This document shows, piece after piece, positions 42,922 through 52,796 of a DNA stretch of 64,000 nucleotides (positions are counted from its first letter, which is position 1; each line of letters begins with the position of its first letter). The stretch covers positions 64,001 through 128,000 of the forward strand of contig CAWGPD010000004.1 in NCBI GenBank assembly GCA_963824385.1. Reading direction: 5' to 3'. The translations under genes were made by a program, and so were the position numbers. The notes beneath the pieces are model-generated. The model had not been told where the DNA came from. It did no database searches and worked only from the letters and a program-made list of their open reading frames with translations. The DNA comes from an uncultured Nitrososphaerota archaeon. Its GTDB lineage: Archaea > Thermoproteota > Nitrososphaeria > Nitrososphaerales > Nitrosopumilaceae.

Positions 42922-43158
42922 AATATTCAGCCTTACATGATGAACATGATAATTCATAGAAATTATAATCTAAAGATATTTCATCATACCTCATATGATA
43001 AAAATAGTTTTTATCTTCGATAAAGGATTCTGGATGTCACATAAAATAATTACACGTTTAATGACTTCGATTTTAAACTATAAAAATTTATGAAAAAATA
43101 ATATTATGTTTTTACCGTGATACGTGTTAACCATTTATCTAAAAAGATGAAAAATGGA

Positions 43159-44601
43159 TCAATTGCGGAAATTTGTAAATGTGCATGTAGTTACTCCTTT
43201 AGGAACTGATACGGTGACTTCAGTTGTATTGGGCTGAGTATATCCGTTATTACAGCTAATACTCTGGAGGGTCCACCCAGGCGTAGGAGTTTCACCTACA
43301 GTATATTTTCCAGGATCTACAAAGAACACTCCAGAGCTTCCTGTTCCAGGGTTTCCAAGTTTTATAGATGTTGTAACTTGAATTTCAGAACTTGTCGTAT
43401 GACGTTCTGCATAAAAAAAGTCAAAAGGATACACATTTCCCAGGGTTATCCCAAGTTGGCTAGCTTGTGAATCCAAATTTATCGTACCTGCCGCTCCTGA
43501 ATGCACTCCTCCTAAATCTAAAGCAAGATGTTTGTTGATGAAGACCCAGACATCATCATCTCCCCAGAAATTAAAAGTCTCACCACCTTGATAGGTAAAT
43601 GAACTGTGTATCTCATATGTAAATCCAAAATTATGCCAGTTACCATTTGCATCCTGTCCACTGTTACCTAATAATTGATTATCAATTGGAAAGAACGACA
43701 TGTTGGAATATGACCATGTTTGCGGATTGGTATTTTGTGCAATCAATGTGATATTCAATTGTTTATGCATGTTAATAGTAGAATTATCATGAAACCACTG
43801 GTAAAACCATCTATACCCGTTGTTAAATGCAGAGGTGGTTTGATTGTTGTATACAGGTGTGCTATCATTACCAAGTATAGGCATGACAATGCCTGGAATT
43901 ACTCCAAACGGACAGGGACATACTTTTTCAAAATCAGGATCTGCGTAATGAGGAGCTGCTGAACCATTAACATCATGAATTGTTCCAGTTAGGACCAAAT
44001 TTCCATTTGCGTCAATATTGGCATTATTCTGGCTACCAGAAGTTGAGATGGAAAAACTACCCAAATCACCATAATAGCTAAAGTTGCCATCTGCTTGCCT
44101 TGCCACCTTATTTATTATCAACTGCCCATCAGCAGGGGTTCCAAGATGATGTGTAAAAATTGAGCCACGGTTAGTAATTAATGAGATATCAAGTGGGTCT
44201 CCTGCCCAATTATAATTTAGCAATTTGGAAAAAGTTGCACCAGGAGGAACCGCGGTTGAGGGAATTCTCAAATCTAATGGGTTTATTCCTTTAATTGCTA
44301 TCTCGGTAACATTGAGACCGTCAATACCCGTGTTAATAAAAGTGACATTGAGTTGCTTTTGTGCAGAATTATACCATTCATTTTGTGGAGTGATTGATTC
44401 TTTAATTTTATTGATGTTAGTAGAATAAGTATCATCTATGATACTTTCATTTTTATTTAGATTGTCTTTGGCCCATGAAACACCAATGATACCTATTAGT
44501 GAAAGCCCCGCAAGCAGAATCACTCCACTAATTACTGTTGACACTCCTCTTTTGTATAGATTGAAACAACTAAACGGATCATGCCTATTCCTTTTTCTCA
44601 T
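43159..44601 (-). CDS. Accessory type IV pilin with fibro-slime (PA14-like) domain and SpaA/CnaB-like Ig domain
   Basis: KRG/VSTVISGVILLAG; LITNRGS; HNFGFTYEIH, FWGDDDVWVFINKHLALDLGGVH, FFYAERH. Confidence 0.9.
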   Translation of the reverse strand: MRKRNRHDPFSCFNLYKRGVSTVISGVILLAGLSLIGIIGVSWAKDNLNKNESIIDDTYSTNINKIKESITPQNEWYNSAQKQLNVTFINTGIDGLNVTEIAIKGINPLDLRIPSTAVPPGATFSKLLNYNWAGDPLDISLITNRGSIFTHHLGTPADGQLIINKVARQADGNFSYYGDLGSFSISTSGSQNNANIDANGNLVLTGTIHDVNGSAAPHYADPDFEKVCPCPFGVIPGIVMPILGNDSTPVYNNQTTSAFNNGYRWFYQWFHDNSTINMHKQLNITLIAQNTNPQTWSYSNMSFFPIDNQLLGNSGQDANGNWHNFGFTYEIHSSFTYQGGETFNFWGDDDVWVFINKHLALDLGGVHSGAAGTINLDSQASQLGITLGNVYPFDFFYAERHTTSSEIQVTTSIKLGNPGTGSSGVFFVDPGKYTVGETPTPGWTLQSISCNNGYTQPNTTEVTVSVPKGVTTCTFTNFRN

Positions 44602-44714
44602 ATGTACAATGCGTGATTATCTTAATGGAGGATAATTAACAAGTGTCCGTATTGGAATATGACATATTTCATCCTAAGACAGTGCAAACATTTTTTTATT
44701 TTGCAAATTTATTA

Positions 44715-45203
44715 TCATGGAGATACATCATCCGTAATGACTGAACCTCGTGCAGTAGTTACTATTATGCTCAATGGAATTTTACTTGTCCAGCCAAAAG
44801 ATATCTTTGTAGAATTTGTTTGTTGAGCAGGGATGTTTCCATGTGTAATAGGAACATCTAACACATATGTAGAATTCTCAATTTTGATATCTGTAATAGT
44901 TATACCTGTAGAGCCAACGTTATACAGTGTAACATTAACGAATTTTGATGGAGTGATGCCAAACCAGGCATTTTCCATTACCAAATTTTCAGAAAACTGA
45001 TTTACATTTGTGGTATAAAGCGCAGTTGTAACTGATTTGGATATTGAAAAGCTACCGCTAGACCACATGACTACCGCTGAGCCAAGAATAACAGTGGTTA
45101 CAAGAAGTATCATTCCAGTAACTATCGAACTTAGTGCTCTATGACTATGAAAATTCCTCATTCGTAAATTTTTGATCATTTGGCTGCTAATATTGAGTGG
45201 CAT
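44715..45203 (-). CDS. Type IV pilin (minor)
   Basis: HRA/LSSIVTGMILLVTTVILG; LYNVG; IVTTARGS. True start probably a downstream Met. Confidence 0.85.
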   Translation of the reverse strand: MPLNISSQMIKNLRMRNFHSHRALSSIVTGMILLVTTVILGSAVVMWSSGSFSISKSVTTALYTTNVNQFSENLVMENAWFGITPSKFVNVTLYNVGSTGITITDIKIENSTYVLDVPITHGNIPAQQTNSTKISFGWTSKIPLSIIVTTARGSVITDDVSP

Positions 45204-45426
45204 GTCTCGTCTAAAACTAACTAGTTGTTCAGAAATAATTTTTAGTAGTGAAGTTACTGGAAATAGAAAAGAACTTTCTGAAAAGAAAGATTTTGACAGT
45301 CAAAATACTTGAGATGATTTTGCATGAAGAATCAAAGATTTATTCCAAACATGAGTAATTCAAACCATATTGATAGTGTAACTTACAGATACATGCACAC
45401 CTTTTTGATACAAAAGTACTAATTTT

Positions 45427-45921
45427 TTGCATATGTCTGTACCAGACAATACAAATCAAGATGCGTTAGCATTAGCAGTAAAATCCATGGATGATCTTGT
45501 TGATGAGGCCATCCAGATTTATGAACTAGACAATGAAAAAACCAATTTAACTGATGAATTATACAATTCTTTAAGAACAATAACTAGTTACCTAGGATTT
45601 TCAATCGATGTTGAACCCGCATTATTGAATTTACCGCAAGATACAAGAATAATTCTCATGCCATCACTTGATTTACTTATCATAAAATCTAATTTTAAAT
45701 CAGAACAGAAAAGATTGGACCAGCTTAGTTTAGACGAAATATCAAATATTCTTAAAATGATCATTCCAAACATGATACACATGGCAAGATCAGATAGGAT
45801 TTTAAAGAATCAAAAAATTGTGTTTGTGCGGGAAGCTACAAAGAGACTAAAACGACTTCCAGGTTCAAATACAGAAGACATGATTGTCAATGACACTGCG
45901 TTACACATGGAAGGAGTATAA
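45427..45921 (+). CDS. Hypothetical protein
   Basis: 164-aa ORF with normal composition, 5 nt upstream of the next ORF. Confidence 0.7.
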   Translation: MHMSVPDNTNQDALALAVKSMDDLVDEAIQIYELDNEKTNLTDELYNSLRTITSYLGFSIDVEPALLNLPQDTRIILMPSLDLLIIKSNFKSEQKRLDQLSLDEISNILKMIIPNMIHMARSDRILKNQKIVFVREATKRLKRLPGSNTEDMIVNDTALHMEGV

Positions 45922-45926
45922 TAGAC

Positions 45927-46463
45927 TTGAATGAGGAAGTTACGCATTTTCACTCAATTGAAGAGCTTCAATCACACCTTGGAAATCATCTAAAGATACT
46001 AAAGAAAAAATCAGAGGAATATTCAGAAGCAATAGGAGAGAAGATTAGGTTTGAAAATACAACAAATGATTCCACAGAGATTGCAGAACTTAATGCAAAA
46101 CTAGAAGGCACTACAGATCAAAAAAAGAAAAAAACAATAAAGAAAAGAGATCAAAAGTCTAATTGGTACGAATTAGGTCCAATTTCAGTCTATGATGGGA
46201 TAGGAACAAAAGGTGAGCTAGAAATTTATTTCAAGGCATTGGAGAAGGTAAAATCAAAAGTAGAAAAAATGGAGAAGATCAAAGGTGCAATAGATAACCT
46301 GATTTCCAAGGGGGTCAAAAGAGAGATTGGCTGTATTGTATTTCTAAATCAGGACTTTACACTTCAGATATGTTTTGTTAAGACAGGACGACCAAAGACC
46401 AAATTCTCATACAAGTCAATCTTTACCATTCCTAGTGAAATTATTCATGAAATCAAAATTTGA
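45927..46463 (+). CDS. Hypothetical Lys-rich coiled-coil protein
   Basis: 178-aa ORF; ggag SD-like motif upstream. Confidence 0.7.
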   Translation: MNEEVTHFHSIEELQSHLGNHLKILKKKSEEYSEAIGEKIRFENTTNDSTEIAELNAKLEGTTDQKKKKTIKKRDQKSNWYELGPISVYDGIGTKGELEIYFKALEKVKSKVEKMEKIKGAIDNLISKGVKREIGCIVFLNQDFTLQICFVKTGRPKTKFSYKSIFTIPSEIIHEIKI

Positions 46464-46712
46464 TATTAGTACCAATATAATTGAAACAAATTCAATAATA
46501 GATAAATTAAATAAATTTCATACTATGCAAGATAGAATAATTCTTCTGTTAGAATAATTAGGTTTCCGGTCACTTTGATTTTAAAAATCTCAAGACATGA
46601 TTAAGAAAATGTGACGCCGTGTGACGTAACATGCTTCATATCATTTAAAGAAGTAAAAAAAGGAGACATACTTAATGAAATCAAAAATTTTTAGAACTAT
46701 GAGGAGAATATA

Positions 46713-47585
46713 ATGGATCCTCATTTAGAAATGAAAAATGATGTATTATCACCATCAATCTTTGATGCAGATTCTAGTTCTGTCATATATGAACAAAAAA
46801 TTACATGCGACAAACTAAAAACTGAACTTGCCAAATTTGGGCTCACCTCAAATCAAAGCAAGGTCTACATCTATCTGGGCAAATATGGCTCAAATACAGC
46901 ACCAGAAGTATGTAAGGCATTAAAGATGCCAAGAACTGAAACATATCATCTTTTAACCACTTTACAAAACAAAGGACTAGTATCGGCAACATTTCAGCAC
47001 CCTACTAGATTCTCTGCAGAGCCATTGAATAAGGCAATATGGGTCCTTGTTAACGCAGAAAAAGAACGGGTCAATACTTTAGAAAGTCAAGAAGGTGAGA
47101 TCAAGAAATTGTGGGATTCTATTCCAGAATTTAATGCAATTCAAGAAACAAGGGAGGACAAATTCCAAATGCTTCAAGGCGCCAACCAGATTAACAGTAA
47201 GATAAAAGAAATGATCAAAAGTGCAAACAGTGAGTTTCTCATACTAGGTGCAGAAAAAGACTTTTTGAAGTTCTATCATGCGAATCATCTTGAAAACTTT
47301 GAAAATTCAAAGATTAATTTTAAATTATTATCCTCTATTTCTGATAACGTACTATACATTTTTGATGACCTTGACAGTTCAAAAATCAAAAAAATTCCAT
47401 CAGGCGTACATGACAGTCTCTGTTTTATGATCAAAGATGGTAAGGAAATAATCCATTTTATTAAAAATGCAAACCAGACATCACAAGAAATGAATGCCAT
47501 GTGGACAGATTCAGAAACATTGGTTTATTCAATGAAGATGCTTTTTGATTCATTTTGGTTTATAGCTAAAAACATACATCAGTAA
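46713..47585 (+). CDS. TrmB-family transcriptional regulator (paralogue of 29728..30594)
   Basis: FGLTSNQSKVYIYL..LKMPRTETYHLLTTLQNKGLVSATFQHP. Confidence 0.9.
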   Translation: MDPHLEMKNDVLSPSIFDADSSSVIYEQKITCDKLKTELAKFGLTSNQSKVYIYLGKYGSNTAPEVCKALKMPRTETYHLLTTLQNKGLVSATFQHPTRFSAEPLNKAIWVLVNAEKERVNTLESQEGEIKKLWDSIPEFNAIQETREDKFQMLQGANQINSKIKEMIKSANSEFLILGAEKDFLKFYHANHLENFENSKINFKLLSSISDNVLYIFDDLDSSKIKKIPSGVHDSLCFMIKDGKEIIHFIKNANQTSQEMNAMWTDSETLVYSMKMLFDSFWFIAKNIHQ

Positions 47586-47587
47586 AC

Positions 47588-48328
47588 CTATGGCATCATT
47601 CGTGGATACATAATCTGAATACCCATTTCATTTAATTTTATTGGAAATATCTGTTCACTGTGTTTTGAGCCGCGCATTTTGAGAACTTGGATTGTTCGTT
47701 CCATTGAGTAATCTTTTCGCGCATGATATAACAATATAACACCTGATGACACATACCATTCAACAGGAGATTTTTCTGACGCGTCTACTTCTGAAATAAG
47801 TATAGACATACAGTGTTGATCTTCTAATGCATAAACCAGTCCTTGAAGACCCTGTCGGATATAGAAATTATTCACATATTGCATAGCAAGAACTGTGAGC
47901 GAGTCGATTACAACACGTTTTGCGCCTATTCTTTTGATGCTGCTGAGTATAAGCTGGGTGAGATGCATGAATGGAAGAGGTTCTCCCTGGTAAAGAGACT
48001 CGTCTAATGCAATAAAGCCCTCTTTTTTCTTGAAAGGTCTTGCATCAATAATTATCATCTGTCCTTCATCGATTAATTTTTGAACGTCCCACCCAAATGA
48101 TTTAAAGTCATTTTTTATTTCTGTGGGACTTTGTGAGAGAGTTACAAATATCCCAGGCTCGTCAAAATCTTTTGCTCCAGAATATAGAAATTGCATTCCA
48201 AATGTGGTCTTTCCACTACCAGGAGGTCCAGATAATGCAATTGACTTTCCTTGTCTAAATCCTCCTGATAATACAGTATCAAATCCAGGAATTCCTGTCC
48301 TAACTGTAATTACTTCCTCATCCATCAT
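47588..48328 (-). CDS. Single-domain KaiC-like (RAD55) ATPase
   Basis: TGIPGFD, GPPGSGKT, RVVIDSL, QVLKMRGSKH. Confidence 0.93.
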   Translation of the reverse strand: MMDEEVITVRTGIPGFDTVLSGGFRQGKSIALSGPPGSGKTTFGMQFLYSGAKDFDEPGIFVTLSQSPTEIKNDFKSFGWDVQKLIDEGQMIIIDARPFKKKEGFIALDESLYQGEPLPFMHLTQLILSSIKRIGAKRVVIDSLTVLAMQYVNNFYIRQGLQGLVYALEDQHCMSILISEVDASEKSPVEWYVSSGVILLYHARKDYSMERTIQVLKMRGSKHSEQIFPIKLNEMGIQIMYPRMMP

Positions 48329-48460
48329 GTGAAAATCTAGAAAATTGTATTTAAAGAGGTGGAAGATTTAACAAATAACAGAATGTAACATGGAAAAATA
48401 ACCAGACATGAACGCCATGTTATACTAGATAACTATTTTTAAAACAGATTGTGCAACAGC

Positions 48461-49615
48461 ATGATGACCAAAATTCTGGGCATAATTGGCGGGGGGCAGC
48501 TTGGAATGATGCTTGTAGAGGCTGCAAAAAAGATGCCAGAATACATCTCAGATGTAATAGTACTTGACCCAACTACAGAATGCCCCGCAGCTAAAGTAGG
48601 AGCCAAACAAATTGTAGCAGATTTCAAAGACAAGAATGCCATAGTTGAACTATCACTCCAATCAGATATCATAACTTATGAAATAGAATCCGGAGACAGT
48701 AAAGTGTTAGAATCATTACATGACGAAGTTTCGATCAACCCATCTCCTACTACTCTTAAAATAATTCAAGACAAGTATCTTCAAAAACAATTCTTAAGTC
48801 AAAACAACATACCTGTTGCAGAGTTTGAGAAGATTGAATCATTAGAGGATCTTGAGAAAAAAATCACTAAATTTCAATATCCTGCATTACTAAAGGCAAG
48901 ACGTGATGCCTATGATGGAAGAGGTAACTTTAGAATCGAAGATCACTCACAAATAGGAATTGGATATCAGCGTTTTCTTGGACGAGAGACCATGATAGAA
49001 AAATTTGTAGATTTTAAGATGGAAGTATCAGTCATAGCAGCAAGAAACATTCACGGCGAGATTGCCACATATCCGCTTGTGGAAAATATTCATAAAGACA
49101 ACATACTTGAATTTACAATTGCCCCTGCACGAGTTAGTGACAAGATTACATCAGAGGCAGACAATATTGCAAAAAAAACAATGGAAGTGTTACACGGTGC
49201 AGGAGTATTTGGAATTGAGATGTTTGTAACTAAAGATGACAAAGTATTGATTAATGAAATTGCTCCGAGAGTACACAATTCGGGTCACCATACTCTCCAA
49301 TCAACGGAAACATCACAGTTTGAACAGCATCTACGGGCAATACTTGGATTACCACTTGGAAGTACTAGATTAAAACACAATACAGTTATGTGTAACATTT
49401 TAGGACCAAGTGATTTTGTTGGAAGATATAAGGAAATCACACTTGAACAAAAAGAAGGAGTGTATCTGAAGATGTATCATAAAGATGAAGCAAAACCTCA
49501 GAGAAAGTTAGGTCATTTTAATGTCGTAGATGAAAAAGACACAAAAAATATCCAACTTTTAATTAAAAGGGCTCAAGAAATAAGAAACACCATCAAGTTC
49601 ATACCTCAAAATTGA
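48461..49615 (+). CDS. purK: N5-carboxyaminoimidazole ribonucleotide synthase
   Basis: GIIGGGQLGMM, YDGRGN, NEIAPRVHNSGH, RKLGH. Confidence 0.97.
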   Translation: MMTKILGIIGGGQLGMMLVEAAKKMPEYISDVIVLDPTTECPAAKVGAKQIVADFKDKNAIVELSLQSDIITYEIESGDSKVLESLHDEVSINPSPTTLKIIQDKYLQKQFLSQNNIPVAEFEKIESLEDLEKKITKFQYPALLKARRDAYDGRGNFRIEDHSQIGIGYQRFLGRETMIEKFVDFKMEVSVIAARNIHGEIATYPLVENIHKDNILEFTIAPARVSDKITSEADNIAKKTMEVLHGAGVFGIEMFVTKDDKVLINEIAPRVHNSGHHTLQSTETSQFEQHLRAILGLPLGSTRLKHNTVMCNILGPSDFVGRYKEITLEQKEGVYLKMYHKDEAKPQRKLGHFNVVDEKDTKNIQLLIKRAQEIRNTIKFIPQN

Positions 49616-49618
49616 GAC

Positions 49619-50179
49619 TTACTTTTTAACCAGAGCAAAAATTCCGCCTGCACCATATGCAACTGCAATCATAATTCTCGATGTGATTACTGCGGTTGTT
49701 TGATTAGAGATTAGCGAAGTATCAAGCAGTATTGCCAGAGGTATTGCTGCAAGAGATATTGTACCTACGATGATTTGTTCTGTATTTACAAGCCCGCTAT
49801 ATTTTCTCATAAATAGAAATGTCGAGGTATTACCAAGACCAATACCAAATAGAATCAAGTACTGATAAAAATGAGGAGCAATTCCTATAGCTGCAAATGG
49901 TGCCGCCCAGCACATGCCATTAATAGCTTTTACCATACGAGGCCATTTTACACTATTTTTCATCCTTCCCTTGATAGAAGAAAGCATCGTTCTGAATTTT
50001 CCAATAATAATTCCAAATGTTACCGCAAAACTACCAAACCAGATTATGGCATAGTAGAAAATTGGAACCTTATGCTCAAAGGCAATTTCACTTAGGATCG
50101 ATGCAGAGCCAACTGCTATTGCCACGCCTACAAATAAGACTCCAAATGCGCGTCTTGTTTCCAAAGGAGATTTTTGCAT
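49619..50179 (-). CDS. Hypothetical multi-pass membrane protein
   Basis: About six hydrophobic segments. Confidence 0.75.
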   Translation of the reverse strand: MQKSPLETRRAFGVLFVGVAIAVGSASILSEIAFEHKVPIFYYAIIWFGSFAVTFGIIIGKFRTMLSSIKGRMKNSVKWPRMVKAINGMCWAAPFAAIGIAPHFYQYLILFGIGLGNTSTFLFMRKYSGLVNTEQIIVGTISLAAIPLAILLDTSLISNQTTAVITSRIMIAVAYGAGGIFALVKK

Positions 50180-50293
50180 ACCTAGACTTCAAATCCATCT
50201 CAGATATAATTTAAGAGTATGAATTTGATTAATTGAAAAATAACAGATACAAAACGCTGAGTTTAATTATTTAATTCAGGTTTGTTTTATTCT

Positions 50294-50866
50294 ATGACTT
50301 ATTCAAAAAAACCTCTTGTTGGAATCATAATGGGATCTAGCTCTGACAGCAAAGTAATGCATTCTGCTGCCACAGTATTAGATGAATTTGGAATAAAACA
50401 TGAAGATCAGATTGTTTCTGCACATAGAACGCCAACCAGATTATCAGATTATGCAAAACATGCTGAAAGTGAAGGATTCAAGGTGATAATTGCAGGAGCA
50501 GGAGGTTCAGCCCATCTTCCAGGCATGATTGCATCTCATACTACAATTCCAGTAATAGGAGTTCCAATAATGGTATACAATGATAAAGGAAACTCGGACA
50601 AGTTCAAGTTTTCAGCATTTGGTGGGCTAGATGCCTTACTATCAATATCAGAGATGCCAACAGGCTCACCAGTTGTGGCAGTGGGGGTAAACAAGGCGGC
50701 AAATGCAGGATTATATGCAATAAAGATTTTAGCAAATGAGTTTCCAGAATTGAAAAATAATCTAAAAAAACACAAAGAAATTCAACACAAATCAGTTTTG
50801 AAAGAATCTGATGAAATGAAAAAACTTGGTCTGGCAAGATTTGCAAGTAAGAAATTCAAAAAATAA
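50294..50866 (+). CDS. purE: N5-CAIR mutase
   Basis: IIMGSSSD, SAHRTP, AGAGGSAHLPGM, PVIGVP. Confidence 0.97.
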   Translation: MTYSKKPLVGIIMGSSSDSKVMHSAATVLDEFGIKHEDQIVSAHRTPTRLSDYAKHAESEGFKVIIAGAGGSAHLPGMIASHTTIPVIGVPIMVYNDKGNSDKFKFSAFGGLDALLSISEMPTGSPVVAVGVNKAANAGLYAIKILANEFPELKNNLKKHKEIQHKSVLKESDEMKKLGLARFASKKFKK

Positions 50867-50905
50867 CTTAACATTAATTTATGACACTCCAAATAGAAGT
50901 ACATC

Positions 50906-51445
50906 TTGGAATTAAGTGAAATCATATATTCTGCAATCTCAGATTATGGAGAGCAGCGAATACTCTCAGATATAGTTCAAGGCGAAAGCCCAGATGTCAT
51001 AAAAGTCATTTTTGAGCATTGCATTTCAAATCTTGAAAAAATCGAGCCGGTTAAATCAGATACTTTTGGTTCAGTCGCAGAAGGCTTGTTGCATTACATG
51101 TTAACAGTATCCCTAATTCAAAGTCAGCGAAAGACTTTGTTCCAGTCTGTTGATATAGATATTGCAGTTCCAGATACTAGGACATTATCAGTCTCACCAC
51201 AGGATGTAATTGTGGTGTATTTTCCAAAAACAGATAATGCCGATAATATAAAATCTCAAATTGAAAAAATCAAAAAAATTCAACCAAACTCAAATAATAT
51301 TTGGGTAGTGCTTGAAAACAATGTACCAGTAGAGGCAAAGATCTATACTCTAAAAGATTCCATGACATTTGCAAACATAATAAACGACCTGATTAGTTTT
51401 TCATCTAACAAAAAACAGTCCAAGTTAAAGATTTTCAAGATATAA
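50906..51445 (+). CDS. Hypothetical protein
   Basis: 179-aa ORF with normal composition; family not recognised. Confidence 0.7.
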   Translation: MELSEIIYSAISDYGEQRILSDIVQGESPDVIKVIFEHCISNLEKIEPVKSDTFGSVAEGLLHYMLTVSLIQSQRKTLFQSVDIDIAVPDTRTLSVSPQDVIVVYFPKTDNADNIKSQIEKIKKIQPNSNNIWVVLENNVPVEAKIYTLKDSMTFANIINDLISFSSNKKQSKLKIFKI

Positions 51446-52128
51446 GAGATTTCAAATCAATATTTTTTTGAACGTTTGATATCATCATCTCAATATTCTG
51501 ATAATCTTTTACAAATGGCAATATCCCTAGAATCTGAATTTGTGTAATTTCGTATAAAGTTGAAGGAGAGTTTTTCTCTGCGGTGCCGCCTTTTTCATCA
51601 TAATTATTAACAATGATTCCTTTTATTGAAATTTTATAATCACGGCAGGTATTTACGGTCATCATTGTATGATTTAGAGTGCCCAATGTGGATCTGGTAA
51701 TAATTATAGTTTCAAGATCCATGTCTTTTATCAAATCTGCTACAAAATAACCTTGGGACAGAGGAGTCATTATTCCTCCAATGCCTTCTACAAACAACAT
51801 TTCATGTTTGTTCTTTAATTTCTTAAATTTTTCAAAAATTATATCTCTATCAAATTTAATCTCAAGTATTTTACTTGCATCATACGGAGAAGATGGTAAC
51901 GGCATAAAGACAGGATTTACAAGATCTTCAGCATCATCAACCCCACAGGCGTGGCATAAAACAGATACATCATGTGACTTGAAACCACTTTTTTGTGGAA
52001 TTCCGGTTGCCACAGGTTTCATAACTCCCACATCTACTCCAAGTTTTTTTATAGACGCAGACTAATGCAGCGGTAATTACAGTCTTGCCAACTCCAGTAT
52101 CAGTTCCAGTTATGAAATAGGATTTCAC
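51435..52128 (-). CDS. bioD: Dethiobiotin synthetase (+1 frameshift at ~52062 separates the P-loop)
   Basis: The upstream frame reads (V/M)KSYFITGTDTGVGKT; the downstream frame has MKPVATG, VEGIGG and LGTLNHT. Confidence 0.93.
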
Positions 52129-52218
52129 AAAATATAGTCACTAATGTTGTTTAATAATCCACCCTTAACGCAGAATTTTCTAATAACTATTTTGTACTAG
52201 CAATGTATTTCATATAAT

Positions 52219-52338
52219 ATGACTGAAAAATGCCAATGCGCCGAATGTCATTGTATCTCGCAACTTTTTACAGCAGATAAGGATGGAAAATACATCTGTT
52301 CTATTTGCAGACTAGGAAAACACCAACATAAAGACTAG
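52219..52338 (+). CDS. 39-aa Cys-rich micro-protein (not in the ORF track)
   Basis: MTEKCQCAECHCISQLFTADKDGKYICSICRLGKHQHKD; ends 1 nt before the KTSC ATG. Confidence 0.65.
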   Translation: MTEKCQCAECHCISQLFTADKDGKYICSICRLGKHQHKD

Positions 52339-52339
52339 C

Positions 52340-52552
52340 ATGGAAAGAATACGAGTCAAGTCAAGTAACATAAGATCAGTAGGATATGACGAATCTGCAC
52401 AAATATTAGAAATTGAGTTCCAACAAGGGGGAACTTATCGATACTTTGGAGTATCAAAGAAAATCTATGATAATTTGATAAAATCAGTATTATCACATGG
52501 AGAATATTATGAGAGATTCATCAAGAACAGATATAGACGTGAGAAGATTTAA
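52340..52552 (+). CDS. KTSC domain protein
   Basis: VKSSNIRSVGYD..LEIEF..GGTYRYFGV..S.GEYY..FIK. Confidence 0.92.
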   Translation: MERIRVKSSNIRSVGYDESAQILEIEFQQGGTYRYFGVSKKIYDNLIKSVLSHGEYYERFIKNRYRREKI

Positions 52553-52559
52553 CGGCCAG

Positions 52560-52796
52560 TCATTTTTTTTTCTTTTGCGGAGTATATTTTTTTGGCTGCA
52601 ATTCCTCAAGTATGTCTTGAATATACACATAATCAGATTCAATACTGTCTCTAAGTAATTTTATAAGATTTTGAAAGGTTTCAGGCTTTCCGTCTTTGAA
52701 ATCCTGTTCATATTTTGAAATAAGTTCCTGAGATATTTTCTTTTTTGGACGATTGGCCAATCTTTCCAACATTTCAATAGCTCTTTTCATTGTCAT
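52560..52796 (-). CDS. Small hypothetical protein
   Basis: 78-aa helical ORF convergent with KTSC. Confidence 0.55.
   Translation of the reverse strand: MTMKRAIEMLERLANRPKKKISQELISKYEQDFKDGKPETFQNLIKLLRDSIESDYVYIQDILEELQPKKYTPQKKKK

Noticed and set aside
41236..45203. Diversity-generating retroelement or invertible shufflon acting on the pilin tips
   Set aside because: No reverse transcriptase, recombinase, template/variable repeat pair or inverted crossover sites seen.
46375..46557. Short ORF overlapping the end of 45927..46463
   Set aside because: At most ~36 aa from its ATG, with no motif; cannot be supported as a gene or a pseudogene.
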